Below, piece by piece: positions 51,371 through 62,678 of a DNA stretch of 64,000 bases. The position numbers and the translations under genes were made by a program. The first letter of the stretch is position 1. Every line of letters starts with the position of its first letter. This DNA comes from Camelus dromedarius (Eukaryota): the NCBI RefSeq assembly GCF_036321535.1, contig NC_087437.1:108316001-108380000 (forward strand). Reading direction: 5' to 3'. The notes under the pieces were generated by a model. The model saw nothing but the letters and a program-made list of their open reading frames with translations. It was not told where the DNA came from and did not search any database.

Positions 51371-53353
51371 CCAGTGTAAACAATACAGAATAGGCACCAC
51401 CCATGATTTTGTTTACACATTGAAACTGGATATAGGTAGAAGATTACAAATTCTGATGAACCAGAGTCCTCCTGCTTCATCATTTTTGGAGACAAATCAA
51501 GGGCTTGTCCTGCACTACATCAATCCTAGATACCATGTATTCAGACTATGGATTCAAGTTCAAATGTTAGTTAGAATGTCAACCCAAATGTCTTGAAGAG
51601 ACAGCTGAAGATCATTCTGGAATAGTACTCCCAGGTCTCCAATTACTTGACTTTTCTACTCTTCAGTTTGACCTGGATGTCTTATATTTGCCATTACACT
51701 GCATAAGCTCAGTCTCTAGAAGTCCCTTGTTCTATAGGACAACCAGAAATTCACACTCTGCTAAGGAGCATAAGATGAAGTTGCCTCTGAACATGTCTAT
51801 TTTTTTCAATGCATTTCACTAATAATAATGATAACTGATACCTCAAAGCAAATAAAGTATTTTATGATGTGGCTTAGTGGTTTTATTCATGCTTCTTCAG
51901 GAAATCAAGAGACCACAACACAAATCTGAGAAGGAATTAGCCTCTGTTTTTGATTAAACATGCATTGCTTTACAAAAAAAGTTTACTGCTAATTCATATA
52001 AGCAGTATTTTTTCTAGGCCCTTTAAATAACAAAAGCTATGCTGGCAGTGGCAAAGGATAAAGTAAAGTAAACTCAGAGCTTCATTTTGGAATGTAGTCT
52101 ACAACTGTTTTCTTCCGTATTCCTTTGGGTTTTTTTTTTTTAATATATACCTTGGGCATCCAAGAAATAAAATGTATCTAGAAAGATCAATTCATGAAAG
52201 TTTATTACAGAGGTAGCTAAAAGATATTTAAGCAGGAACATTGATCCTAGAATTATTTATTTGGGAGAAATTCGATAGGGCAAGTCTTAATAACAAAATG
52301 GTGTAGCTACATGTTAGTGTCATCTTTAAAATCACTTTTTAAAACTAATGAAAGCTTTCTCTAATTAATGCAAGTTATGTCAATGATAAACCTTTGGTCC
52401 TTATGAACCACTCACTGCTAACCTTCCATCTTCAATATATCCTGGCTTCTAAATCTATGATTAGAGAAAACATAGAAGAAGGAGACTTAGACGTTATACA
52501 TGTAATGCAATTCCATACATATATTTCACATTTAAAACCCAATAGTGTCTCATAAACAAAACAATCGACCAAACCTTGATAAAATGTTCACAGCATGTTG
52601 GTGAGGATGAACATTTCAGTTGTCAGAATAATTATTCTTTTCAAGCATATGATACAAATAATCATGTTCTGATGACATGCACAAAGACCAAACCCAGAAA
52701 AATTTGACAAGTATTTGAATATTTAGTTCACTGAATACCAGGTATCTGCATATAAAAACTTATCTGTATATTTGTGCTTGTAGTTTCCATCTGGAAGTTT
52801 TCTGTAAAACATCATCTTAGCTTTCGAAATACATGCCCACAATTATGGTTAATAATTCTGATGATGATACTATCCCCTTCAGGCATAAGTTTTAGGGTAG
52901 GGAATTGGGGGAAGTGTTTAGTCTGTTGCAATTGAATATGTTTGCAGAAGATTTGGGAAATAAGTTTCAGAAATCATCAGTTCTTCATTACAATCAGAAC
53001 ACAGAGAAATTCAGTGTGGCCAAAAACAAAATATTAATACAACTAATTTTAGTTTATCTATCATGATATAATCAGTGAGTAAATTCAACTAAGCATATAA
53101 TATTAAAGGATGAGTGACTACTTCTCCAATTCTTCCGTGTGAAGGACGCATCATTGATGTGGACATCAGTGGGCATTTATACTCTGTCCTCATTCAGTCC
53201 TCAAAGAGAACAGCATTCTCAAAACTGAGTATAGAGTTTGGAAGGTGAAACTAGACACAAGTTTCCCAGCCTCTTCCTAGCCCCTCCAACCTGGAACTGT
53301 GAGGCCTGCACAAAGCACACATTCTCATCTGTGCCTCTTTACTCCGTGTTTTA

Positions 53354-54414
53354 TTTTTTTTTAACAATTTTTTTTTTATTGAGTTACAGTCAGTTTACAA
53401 TGTTGTGTCAACTTCCAGGGTAGAGCACAATTTTTCAGTTATACATGAACACACATATGTTCATTGTCACATTCTTTTTTGCTGTTAGTTACCACAAGAT
53501 CTTGTGTATATTTCCCTGTGCTATACAGTATAGTCTTCTACATATGCCTGTCAGTATCTACATATTTCAAACTTCCAGTCTGTCCCTTCCCACCCTGCCT
53601 CCCCCTTGGCAACCACAAGTTTGTATTCTATGTCTGTGAGTCTGTTTCTGTTTTGTATTTATGTACTTTTTTTTTTTTTTTTTTAGATTCCACATATGAG
53701 TGATCTCATATGGTATTTTTCTTTCTCTTTCTGGCTTACTTCACTTAGAATGACATTCTCGAGGGACATCCATGTTGCTGCAAATGGCATTATGTTGTCA
53801 TTTTTATGGCTGAATAGTATTCCATTGTATAAATATACCACCTCTTCTTCAGTCATCTGTTGATGGACATTTAGGCTGTTTCCATATCTTGACTATTGTA
53901 AATAGTGTTGCTATGAACATTGGGGTGCAGGTCTCTTTTTGAAGTAGGGTTCCTTCTGGATATATGCCCAGGAGTCAGATGACTGGGTCATATGGTAGTC
54001 TATTCCTAGTCTTTTGAGGAATCTCCATACTGTTTTCCATAATGGCTGCACCAAACTGCATTCCCACCAGCAGTGTAGGAGGGTTCCCTTTTCTCCACAG
54101 CCTCTCCAGCGTTTGTCATTTGTGGACTTTTGAATGTGGATTCTGGCTGGTGTGAGGTGATACCTCATGGTAGTTTTGATTTGCATTTCTCTGATGATCA
54201 ATGATACTGAGCATTTTTCATGTGCCTATTGATCTTTTGTATTTCTGCCTAGGAAAATTGCTTGTTTAGATCTTCTGCCCATTGTTGGATTGGGTTGTTT
54301 GTTTTTTTTCTTATTAAGTTGTATAAGCTGCTTATATAGTCTGGAGATCAAGCCTTTGTCAGTTTCATCTTTTGCAAAATTTTCTCCCATTCCGTAGGTT
54401 GTTGTCTTGTTTTG
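53354..54414 (-). mobile_element. Young 5'-truncated LINE-1, same subfamily as 41524-42999
   Basis: ORF 53911-54201 = [17 protein letters not shown]...[37 protein letters not shown]; poly-T at left; TSD CTC(C/T)GTGTTTTA at 53342-53353 and 54415-54426. Confidence 0.95.
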
Positions 54415-54474
54415 CTCTGTGTTTTAAAGGATCTTGTCCCAGTTGAGGGAGCTTGGGGATTTCCAGTCCTGCTT

Positions 54475-54590
54475 CCCACATTCTCCAAAACCAGATTCAG
54501 TAGTTTAACAAAAGGACTATAATTGGTAACCCCATGTTCTCCAAAAACAGATTCAGTAGTTTAAAAAAAAAGGATCATAATTTGGTTTAC
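54475..54590. repeat. Two-copy ~56-60 bp tandem duplication
   Basis: ttctccaaaa(c/a)cagattcagtagtttaa...aaaagga...ataatt..ggt occurs at 54475-54530 and 54531-54590. Confidence 0.9.
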
Positions 54591-54761
54591 ATCTTTTGAA
54601 TCATTTCTTTTTTTCAATTTGTTTAGGACTTCCGTAGGTTAAAAGAGTCCTATTTATTGAACTTCTTTGAGCCCAATGAAAGATTTGATTTTAAATTGTC
54701 TTAAAAAATTCTGAGGCTCCCAAGAAGCCTCAGGTTCATCAAATCATTTATGATTTTACAA

Positions 54762-54850
54762 GGGGAAGTGTATAGCTCAGTGGCAGAGCACATGCTTAGC
54801 ATGCACAAGGTCCTAGGCTCAATCCCCAGCACCCCTATTAAAAAAAAAAA
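54762..54850 (+). mobile_element. tRNA-Ala-derived SINE (camelid Vic-1/VicSINE type)
   Basis: GGGGAAGTGTATAGCTCAGTGGCAGAGCACATGCTTAGCATGCACAAGGTCCTAGGCTCAATCCCCAGCACC + poly-A. A box and degenerate B box present. 17-bp TSD CATTTATGATTTTACAA at 54745-54761 and 54859-54875. Confidence 0.92.
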
Positions 54851-55168
54851 CCTTCAGGCATTTATGATTTTACAAATCTACATGCATAAGCCAAAGACTA
54901 TCTACATAAAAGGTCTCCCATGATTATAGTTTTTACATGTTCTTTTTTTTTTTTCCTTCAGAAGAAATTCAGGTGGGAAACTTAATCAATTTATATTTCT
55001 TCTTTATATAACTCATCATAGAAAGACATGTCTTTTCATTCAAAACTACTATTATCAAAATCAAAACACATGGATCACATATTTAATATAGTCCTTAGTA
55101 GTTATCTAATAAAAGAAGGATAGAGGATTGATATGCAAGCTTTCTTAATTTCAGAATTGGTTACTTAC

Positions 55169-55511
55169 TGCTATGGTATGAATGTTTGTGTCTTCCCAAA
55201 ATTCATACACTGAAATCCTAACTCCCAAAAGTGATGGTATTTATAGTTGATTTGGGGGATGTGATTAAATTATATGTGTGGAATCCTCTCGTTAATGGGA
55301 TTAGTGCCCTTATAAGAGATCTTGCAGAGCTCCCTAACCCCATTCCAGCCATCAGTGAGGATATAATGAGAAGTCTGCAATCCAGAAGAGGGCCCTAACC
55401 CAACCATGCTGAAAACCTGATCTCAAACTTCCAGTGAGAAATAAATTTCTGTTATGTATAAACCACCCAGTCTATGGTATTTTGTTCTAGCAGCCCAACA
55501 AAACTAAGTTA
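55169..55511 (+). mobile_element. MaLR solo LTR, MLT1A0/MSTD-like
   Basis: TGCTATGGTATGAATGTTTGTGTCTTCCCAAAATTCAT...aatgggattagtgcccttataagag...gagaaataaatttctgtt...ccacccagtctatggtattttgtt; near-TSD cttac/cttcc. Confidence 0.9.
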
Positions 55512-56327
55512 CTTCCTCTGCCAAAAATTCATAAATAATTGATGAAGGCCTCTTTTGTTAATCATGTGAAGACTTGTTTTAATCGTGCTTTCTATTTCCA
55601 TTTTTATGCAAAACAAATTGAAATAGGGATTACATAATTTCCAGTTAATTTGATCAATGTAGACCACCAAGCTTACTCATTCAGGTCAAAGAAATAGATG
55701 CCAGTTGTCTGAATTAATCCAATAAATAGATGGGGAACAAGTTCCCAGTGTCTTTTATACCATGGAGAAGAAGTGGAGAAATTTATACTAATTTTTCCTC
55801 CCCTTCTTGTTCATGAAATATGTAGCGAAATTTGTCTACCTTCAAAGCCAAAATGGAAATCTACTTAAATTAATAACATATGTTTATATTTCTCAAGATT
55901 AATGTACTGTGGATACAGACCTGTCAACCCACACTTCACAACCACATCAATCGAGGCTCATGTGGTACACACCTGTGGAATCTGGGGCAATCTACATGCT
56001 TTCCATTCCATATCATCTTCAAGGTCAAAAGGACTCTCCATGTAAATGACTGGTCTCCTTTGCAAAATGAAAAAATAATCATGTTACTCTATCTCCACAA
56101 TTAAACAGAAAAGAATAGACAACTAGAACACTAAGAAAATCTGAAAGGCTCAATGATTGTATGCCATTGGGAATGCAGCTCTCTTTCACTGTGTTTTTTT
56201 TTTTTTTAAAGTCTGGACTATAAGATCATTTTTTTTAACATGGATATAATAAGTATAAGGGAATATTCATAACAACCTCAAACATTGAATTTCAATTTCA
56301 ACAATCACTCTGTTCATGCTTTCTCAA

Positions 56328-57150
56328 TATTCATTCACTATTCATTCACTCACACATTTATTCAAGAAATGAACACAGTGATGAACAACATGAAATTCCT
56401 AACCTGAAGTTATATTCTCTATGGGGAAGTAGAACAGCAAAACAAGAGATCTCAGTAAGTATAAAAAATGATATAAAAGAAGTGTATGTACAAGGGACTA
56501 CAGAAGCATAGAAAAGGGACTGAATCAGTTTAGAGGTAACACCTGATTTTAATTTTATTTATTTATTTTTAATGAAGGTACTGGGGATTGAACCCAGGAC
56601 CTCATGCATGCTAAACACACACTCTACCACTGAGCTATACTCTCTTCCTGATTTTGATTTCAAAAGAGAAGTAGAAGAATAAGCAGGAGTTAAGTTAGGC
56701 ACATTGGGGACAGTGCAGTCATTACATGTAGTGATAACATGAACAGAGCACAGAGGAATAAGAGTGTATTTGACGAGCTACAAATATTTATATCTTGGAG
56801 AGGTAGGCAGGCAGCAGCATCTTGTATGCCTAGAAGACTGGACTTTATTCTGAAGGTAATTTAGAGCCAGGGAGCATTGGAATAATTGAGATGTTTTGAC
56901 ACTGGACTAGAAGTGTAGGCTGAACTGGGGCATTGGGGTCTAGGAAGACTGTCAGCCTTTTCTATGTCAAACAGAGCAAGTGGTGGTTCCTTTGATCAGC
57001 GGGGATACAGATAGAGGAGCAGCTTTGCAGGAAGTAATGACTTCAGTTTTCAATATATTGCTTTAGAGAGGTTGGAGGGCCATCCATGGGGAGACGTCAT
57101 CTGAGAACTATGTATACTAGTCTTGAGCTCAAAAATGAGATTGAAGCAGA
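56328..57150 (-). mobile_element. L2 LINE, interrupted by a SINE
   Basis: tattcattcactattcattcactc tail; ggactttattctgaaggtaat; aatgacttcagttttcaatatattg. Confidence 0.65.
56556..56646 (-). mobile_element. tRNA-Ala-derived SINE (camelid Vic-1/VicSINE type)
   Basis: ggtactggggattgaacccaggacctcatgcatgctaaacacacactctaccactgagctatac is the reverse complement of the SINE head; (TTTA)n tail; TSD CCTGATTTT(A/G)ATTT at 56542-56555 and 56647-56660. Confidence 0.92.
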
Positions 57151-58589
57151 AAATCAGCCTCATTCAAAGACCCAAAAAAGGATTCACTTTCAGAAAGCTA
57201 ATTTAAGAGTGTCATAAGCCCATCTGATGCACAAAATTTTTCCCAATACTCTGCATTTCATTTTATTGGAAGCCATTCCTTCAAAGTTTTCAGAAAAGTA
57301 GTAAGTATGTATTAGTCCATTAGGACATTATTTTGTCTGGGAAGGTGACACATTAGCTAGCCTAATTAATCTATCACTTTTCATCATTTTCAAGATCTAA
57401 ATTCTTAAGAAATTAGACACAGATAGATACATCTTATTATATCGAGAAGGGTAAAATCTGGAGAATTTTGTAAAACACTGATAATGTCAAAGTGCGTACT
57501 CTCATGGGGGCTCTGGGCAAATAGGGCCAGCATGAGGGGAGGGAGTGGGTATGGAGGATGCACAGGAAAGAAAGTGGCAAATACAAAAGAAAAATAGCCT
57601 TGTTTTTTATGAAATTGGAACTTAGTATCCATGACAGAAAAGTTCCATGGACAAGGTTTTTTTCTCAATAATTATTATGGGCAAATGAAGTTCCCATCAC
57701 AAATCTACCACCTCTTAGATTCATAGCTTGCCAGTAGTTTTGACTCAAAAGGAAGCATTCTGTCCCTTCTTCTAACCAAGCGTTCTCTATGTGTTTCACT
57801 TTTCTTGCACCCTATTCATGAAAGTTACAAAGAGAGCACACTCATACTTTAAAATCCACAAAGCTTGGAGGAGGCAAGAGAAATAATGACTGCACTAAAC
57901 ACTGAAAATAAGAAAACCATTGTCTTCAGCAATAACCTGCTAAAAATGTAACCCTAGGGTCCTAAGTCAGTTTGTAAAGCATCAAATGTTGATATCAAGT
58001 ATTTTTACTTCTTTCTTCCCTCCTTGAGTATACCCTCTTTCCTTTCAGGACATCCTAGGCTGTCCAGATTCCTTACGAAATTTCCAAATATTCATTCAAA
58101 TCAATTCTCAGAAGGAACAAAAAACAATAAATTGATTCTTGCTAAGCAATAAATCATCCATACATCTTGAATGTTATCCCTTCTTGACATTTTCAGAGTT
58201 CCTTTTAAACCAACTGTCTACCTGCACAAGCTGGCTCCCTCAGTGTACTTACTTACTGTTGGGCTTAGAAAGCAACAGCTTCACATCATCTGGGTTGGAT
58301 GCAAGAAGAGTTGACTACAACAAGGAGTTGGAAGGACACAATTGTAAGAAATAATCACTGAGAGTTTAAAGAGGACAGTATCCTTGCTGGACCTATGCTT
58401 TCCTCCTCAGAAGATTGGGTGGGCCAGGAAGCGAGTTAGAAACAGTACAAGTTTGCATCTTGCAAACAGCCTGTTTAGGATATTACTAGGGAGAAGCAGT
58501 TCTGAAAATGCCTTCTTTTAGGAGTCTCCAAAATGGCGGTCCCTCTTAGCACCAAGTGTGGTGTTAGGGTTAGGAGGATGAACTGGGAT

Positions 58590-58830
58590 ACAACAGACAG
58601 TGAGGCAGACAAGGCTCTGCTCTCAGGAGGCCTACATTGCAGAAGGGAAAAGGTGATAAAGCAAGTAAAGACAATTAACAAGATAATTAACGATTATCAA
58701 GTAGGGAAATTGGGGAAGGCATCTCTTGGAAGAGACGTTTAAAAAGAAACTAAGAATGGGATAAGCATCTCAAAGAAAATGAGAAAAGATCTCAGGCATA
58801 TAAACAGGATACTGCAAAGACGCTGAGCTG
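58590..58830 (-). mobile_element. L2 remnant
   Basis: acagtgaggcagacaaggctctgctctcaggaggcctacatt...ggggaaggcatctc...tgcaaagacgctgag. Confidence 0.6.
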
Positions 58831-59332
58831 GTGGTCTCTAGGGCTCCCCACCAAGACTAAATACCCACAACTTCGTTCCCCAACATAATGTGTGCATTGT
58901 AACAGAAAAATATGCTGTTTGTATAAATCATTAATGACAGCCAAACTCTTTAAGGCAGAAAATCCTTCTTTGCTCCAACAGTTGACTGTGCTATTTTAAG
59001 CATTGAGAAGAACTCTGTCAAGACAGGAGAAAACGGTTGGGAGTCTCAATTACACTGAACCACAAAAAAAATCCATAATCAGAGTAGTACATGGCATGTT
59101 CCCACTTAGCCTGAGATTCTTAGAGAGAAACATTCTTCTCCAAGTCAAGTATGCTTCCAAAAAGGTTATCACTGGAAGTTTCCTCACACTTACCAAACCA
59201 AGGACTAATGAAGAAAATTTGTTTTTGTTTTTCTTATTTCAACTCTATAACACATTTTATTCTCTTAATTTCTTTACTCTCTAAATATCATGTATTATTT
59301 ACTATACATGCACGTGCATGTGTAGCAGTTCA

Positions 59333-59856
59333 TGTGGTAGGCAGAACCCTAAGATGACCCCTACAGTTTCAGGCCCTTGATATACACTTACAGTCTGCCA
59401 GATTTTGCAGATGTAATTAAGGACACAGATCACTGAATTGAGATAAGGGATTATCCAGGCAGCCTGATTTAATCACATGACCCTTTTTAAAAGCAAAGAG
59501 TTTTCTCGGATTGATTGCAGAAAGAAAAGTTGGAGATTCCAAACATGAGAAAGATTTGATGCATGATTCCTGCTTGAAGCAGCCATGTGTCAAGAGACTT
59601 GAAGAACTTCAGACAGTGTTGAGGCATTGAGAGTAGTTTCTAACCAACATCTAGAAGGAAAATAGGGAACTCAACAAATAGCAAGTTTGATGAAGACCCA
59701 ACCCCAACCAACACCTTGATTACAACCATGAGCAGAGAATCCGTTGAAGCCATGCCCAGATTTCTGACCTACAGAAACTATGAGATAATAAATTTATGAT
59801 GTTGTAAGCCACTAAGTTTGTGATCATTTATTACGCAGCAATAGAAAACAAGTATA
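59333..59856 (+). mobile_element. MaLR solo LTR, MLT1E-like
   Basis: TGTGGTAGGCAGAACCCTAAGATGACCCC...gattttgcagatgtaattaagg...ttctgacctacagaaactatgagataataaat...taagccactaagtttg...gcagcaatagaaaac. Confidence 0.9.
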
Positions 59857-60265
59857 GTGCTGAATAATAACAATAAAAATGAGAAGAATCCCGTCTCCCT
59901 TTTTTCACCCACAAACATTGTCCATAGTTTGTGGGTAGTCTTACATGTGGCACAATTCAGATAGTTTATAGTTAATACTTTCCTGGTGCTAATCTATATG
60001 GTGTTTGGGCAAGGTGGGCATGCAGGAAGGGAAAGACATTGCCCTGACTCTTCTCTTTCGAACTGAGTAACTATAATATATGTAAAAGCCAATTTGTCAA
60101 AGAAAAAAATGCAAAAGTAGAAAGAATATTCCAGAGAACAGTACCAGCCAGTTCCAGCAGTACCAAACATAGGGGTAAATAGAGAGAGACTAATCGGAGC
60201 TCATGAATTCAGGAAAGCTACCTGCCTTGGGGATGTGTTTTTTATTGCCAGTAAAAGATGTAGCT

Positions 60266-60390
60266 GTGAGGAATTACGAAAGTCAACAGAGAATCAGGTT
60301 AAACAAGTCTTTATTGCGCTCAAAAATCCTTCCCCTGACGCGAATTGTGCTTCTTTTGTCCTCTCAATGCAGTCATAGCAGGATGAAACC
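60266..60390 (-). mobile_element. Possible short LTR 3' fragment
   Basis: Minus strand has AATAAAGACTTG...TCGTAATTCCTCACA, an LTR-like end, and retains several CpGs. Confidence 0.3.
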
Positions 60391-60403
60391 GTATCATATT
60401 CTT

Positions 60404-60428
60404 TTTTTTTTCAATTGAGTTATAGTCA
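60404..60428 (-). mobile_element. Ultra-short L1 3'-end insertion (25 bp)
   Basis: T8 + CAATTGAGTTATAGTCA, matching the L1 terminus (cf. attgagttacagtcag at ~53378-53393), between perfect 13-bp TSDs GTATCATATTCTT (60391-60403, 60429-60441). Confidence 0.85.
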
Positions 60429-60873
60429 GTATCATATTCTTAATGCCAGGAAACTTAGGACTAACCATTAGCAAGCTATTCTTTTAAAACAGCTGCTAGG
60501 TTTCCAGTCTTTCTCATTTTATTTAACTTCCTGGAAAGAATAACATATACAAGTCTGCAGCTTCCAAACTCCAATGTTTGGGCTTTTTGAAATGTTTAAG
60601 TAAATGTTAGAATAGTTTTAATAGAAACATGCCAAACTCACCTTCTTTTACCCACAGTGTTTATGAGTGCTTCTATATCATTATATCACTTTAAAAGTTG
60701 CACTGGAGAGAAAAAAATTATATGTTGCAATATTTTCATATTTCAGTGAAGATATTTTAGGATAGTGGTACCATAGTTCAACACGCTGGATTATGTTATT
60801 TCAACTGTACCCCTTCTTAGAACACAGATTAGCTAATGCATATATTTAGAGATTCTTAGAAAATCCATACCAC

Positions 60874-62023
60874 TGCTACCAGAGATTATATTCTTTGTCT
60901 CATCACAGAAAGAATTTGGAGAAAGTAAAGTGAAGATTTATTAGGCAAAATTATGCTGTCAAGTGAAGAGTGGGCAGACTCAGGGGAGTAGCTGCACTGA
61001 GTTTTTTGGCAAGCTGATTGTATGGGGAGTAAAAATGAATGAGCAGAATAATCATGGAGGAGAGGGGGTTTGGGGTGATATTCCCTGATTTCCATCCCAG
61101 CTCCACCTTCCTGCGGGGAGGAGGGATTTTTGCCCTTATTTTGTCTACATCAAAAGTGTCATGGCATTGGTGCATGATGGGTACTTCTTATCTGCAAGGC
61201 TAATTTTATTGTAATGAGGGCATAATGAGCAAAAGGTTACTTACATTCAAATGTCAGAAATTCCCACGTTTCCCCACTTTTCTTTGTCTGCCTGTGGGAT
61301 CCTTATCACCCCAAAATGCGTGGCTTTTTTACCAATCTGGAGGTTCCTATTGTGGGCACACAACACGGTGACAGTGACATTCAGATTGGTAAAGAATTAC
61401 CAGAGACCAGGAAAAGTTTAGGAAAGTTTAAGGGGGGTGCTGCTGTGGGCAGCAACAGGCCACACAGGCAAGAGGTGCCTGCATGAGCACCAAGGTACTG
61501 TGCAGGGTCTTCCATTGCAGGAGGAGGCTGTGCACACAAAGAGCAGGGGGCTGCATGATCAATTCGTGCACAGGTACCAGATTGGTTGTAAGATCTTTCA
61601 GGGACTTTTCTGAACAATAGGTTTTATGACTTTGATAAGGGCAAGATGTGATGCCTGTCCCCCTAAGGTGTCGTGAGATAGGCTACCTCCTGGAATGACG
61701 AGTTTTGTTAAGGTAAACACACATCAAGAGAGGTTTTTATTCTGCAGAAATGCAGGGATGCTAAGGGTCCTGGGATTGGGGAGTGAGGGTTAATGTGTCA
61801 GTGGCTCCAGGCACACAGAGAGCCAGGAGTGGGGGTTTTTATGACTCCAGAGAGTGCCACTCGGCTCCATAGTTTCTGTTTTTTGTTTTTTTTTTTTTTT
61901 TTTTTTTTTGTCGTCTGCCCAAGAACTCTCATTGTTCACAAGATGTATGGTTTCCTGCCATCTGACTGACCCCCTTCCCCACATATTTCTCTGCTCATTT
62001 CTAGCTACCTGTCTGTTCTAACA
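60874..62023 (-). mobile_element. ERV1-type solo LTR (outer), interrupted at 61351-61983
   Basis: TG...CA termini; minus strand starts TGTTAGAACAGACAGGTAGCTAGAAATGAGCAG; AATAAA near the 3' end; 4-bp TSD CCAC at 60870-60873 and 62024-62027. Confidence 0.8.
61351..61983 (-). mobile_element. ERV1-type solo LTR (inner, nested)
   Basis: Terminal inverted TGTGGG...CCCACA, flanked by TAT on both sides; GC-richer than the host LTR; minus-strand 3' end gtaattctttaccaatc...cccaca; internal poly-T at ~61873-61909. Confidence 0.75.
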
Positions 62024-62343
62024 CCACTTGGCCTGTTCATCACCATGGCATCAAATAGGTAAGTCAACTGAAACCCAGGAATCTTCAACAACTTTGAAAA
62101 TGGTATCCTATGATACCATGGTGACAATGGCCAATGAGGGAAGTATTTTTAGATGAAAAATTGTATTTAACGAAGCAGAATCAAATTTCTCATCTGTGTG
62201 TTCTGTTTACACCTAAGTGCAACCTTATCTGTTTCCAACCTCTCAGCTTGGAGCAGGAATACATGCAAAGCAGTGAGCTCACTTCCAGGTAGAAGAGAAT
62301 TAATGTGACAAGATTCCAGTTCCTCCTGGGATCTATATCTGAG

Positions 62344-62676
62344 CACAGTGGACAAACTTTCTTCTGTTAAGAGCCACATAGCAAACTTTTTTTTTGGTTT
62401 CAAGGACAAAGAAATACAAAATATTATGTATATTACTTATAAAGCTAGAGAGAAAACAAATGTCCACAATATTTTTATTGATGAATTTCAAAATATAATA
62501 ATTGAGTACTTTTTTGTAACATAAGTCTACTAAAGGAAAAAATGGAATTCTTTTGGAGGAGGATAACATTTCACTTAATGAAGGTCACAAGTAAAAAACA
62601 TTCCTAGTTTGTGGGCCATACAAAAACAATCAGTAAGCTGAATTTGACCCGCAGGCCATACTTGTATCCACCCCTG
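62344..62676. mobile_element. MER58-family hAT-Charlie element
   Basis: gacaaacttttcttctgttaagagccacatagcaaa ... aaaacattcctagtttgtgggccatacaaaaaca...aatttgacccgcaggccatacttg...acccctg. Confidence 0.85.
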
Positions 62677-62678
62677 TT

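Noticed and set aside
51500..51620. Possible L3/CR1 remnant
   Set aside because: Similarity too faint to support by eye.
54762..54836. tRNA-Ala gene
   Set aside because: Has a poly-A tail, TSD, degenerate B box and mismatched acceptor stem; it is a SINE copy. The same applies to 56556-56646.
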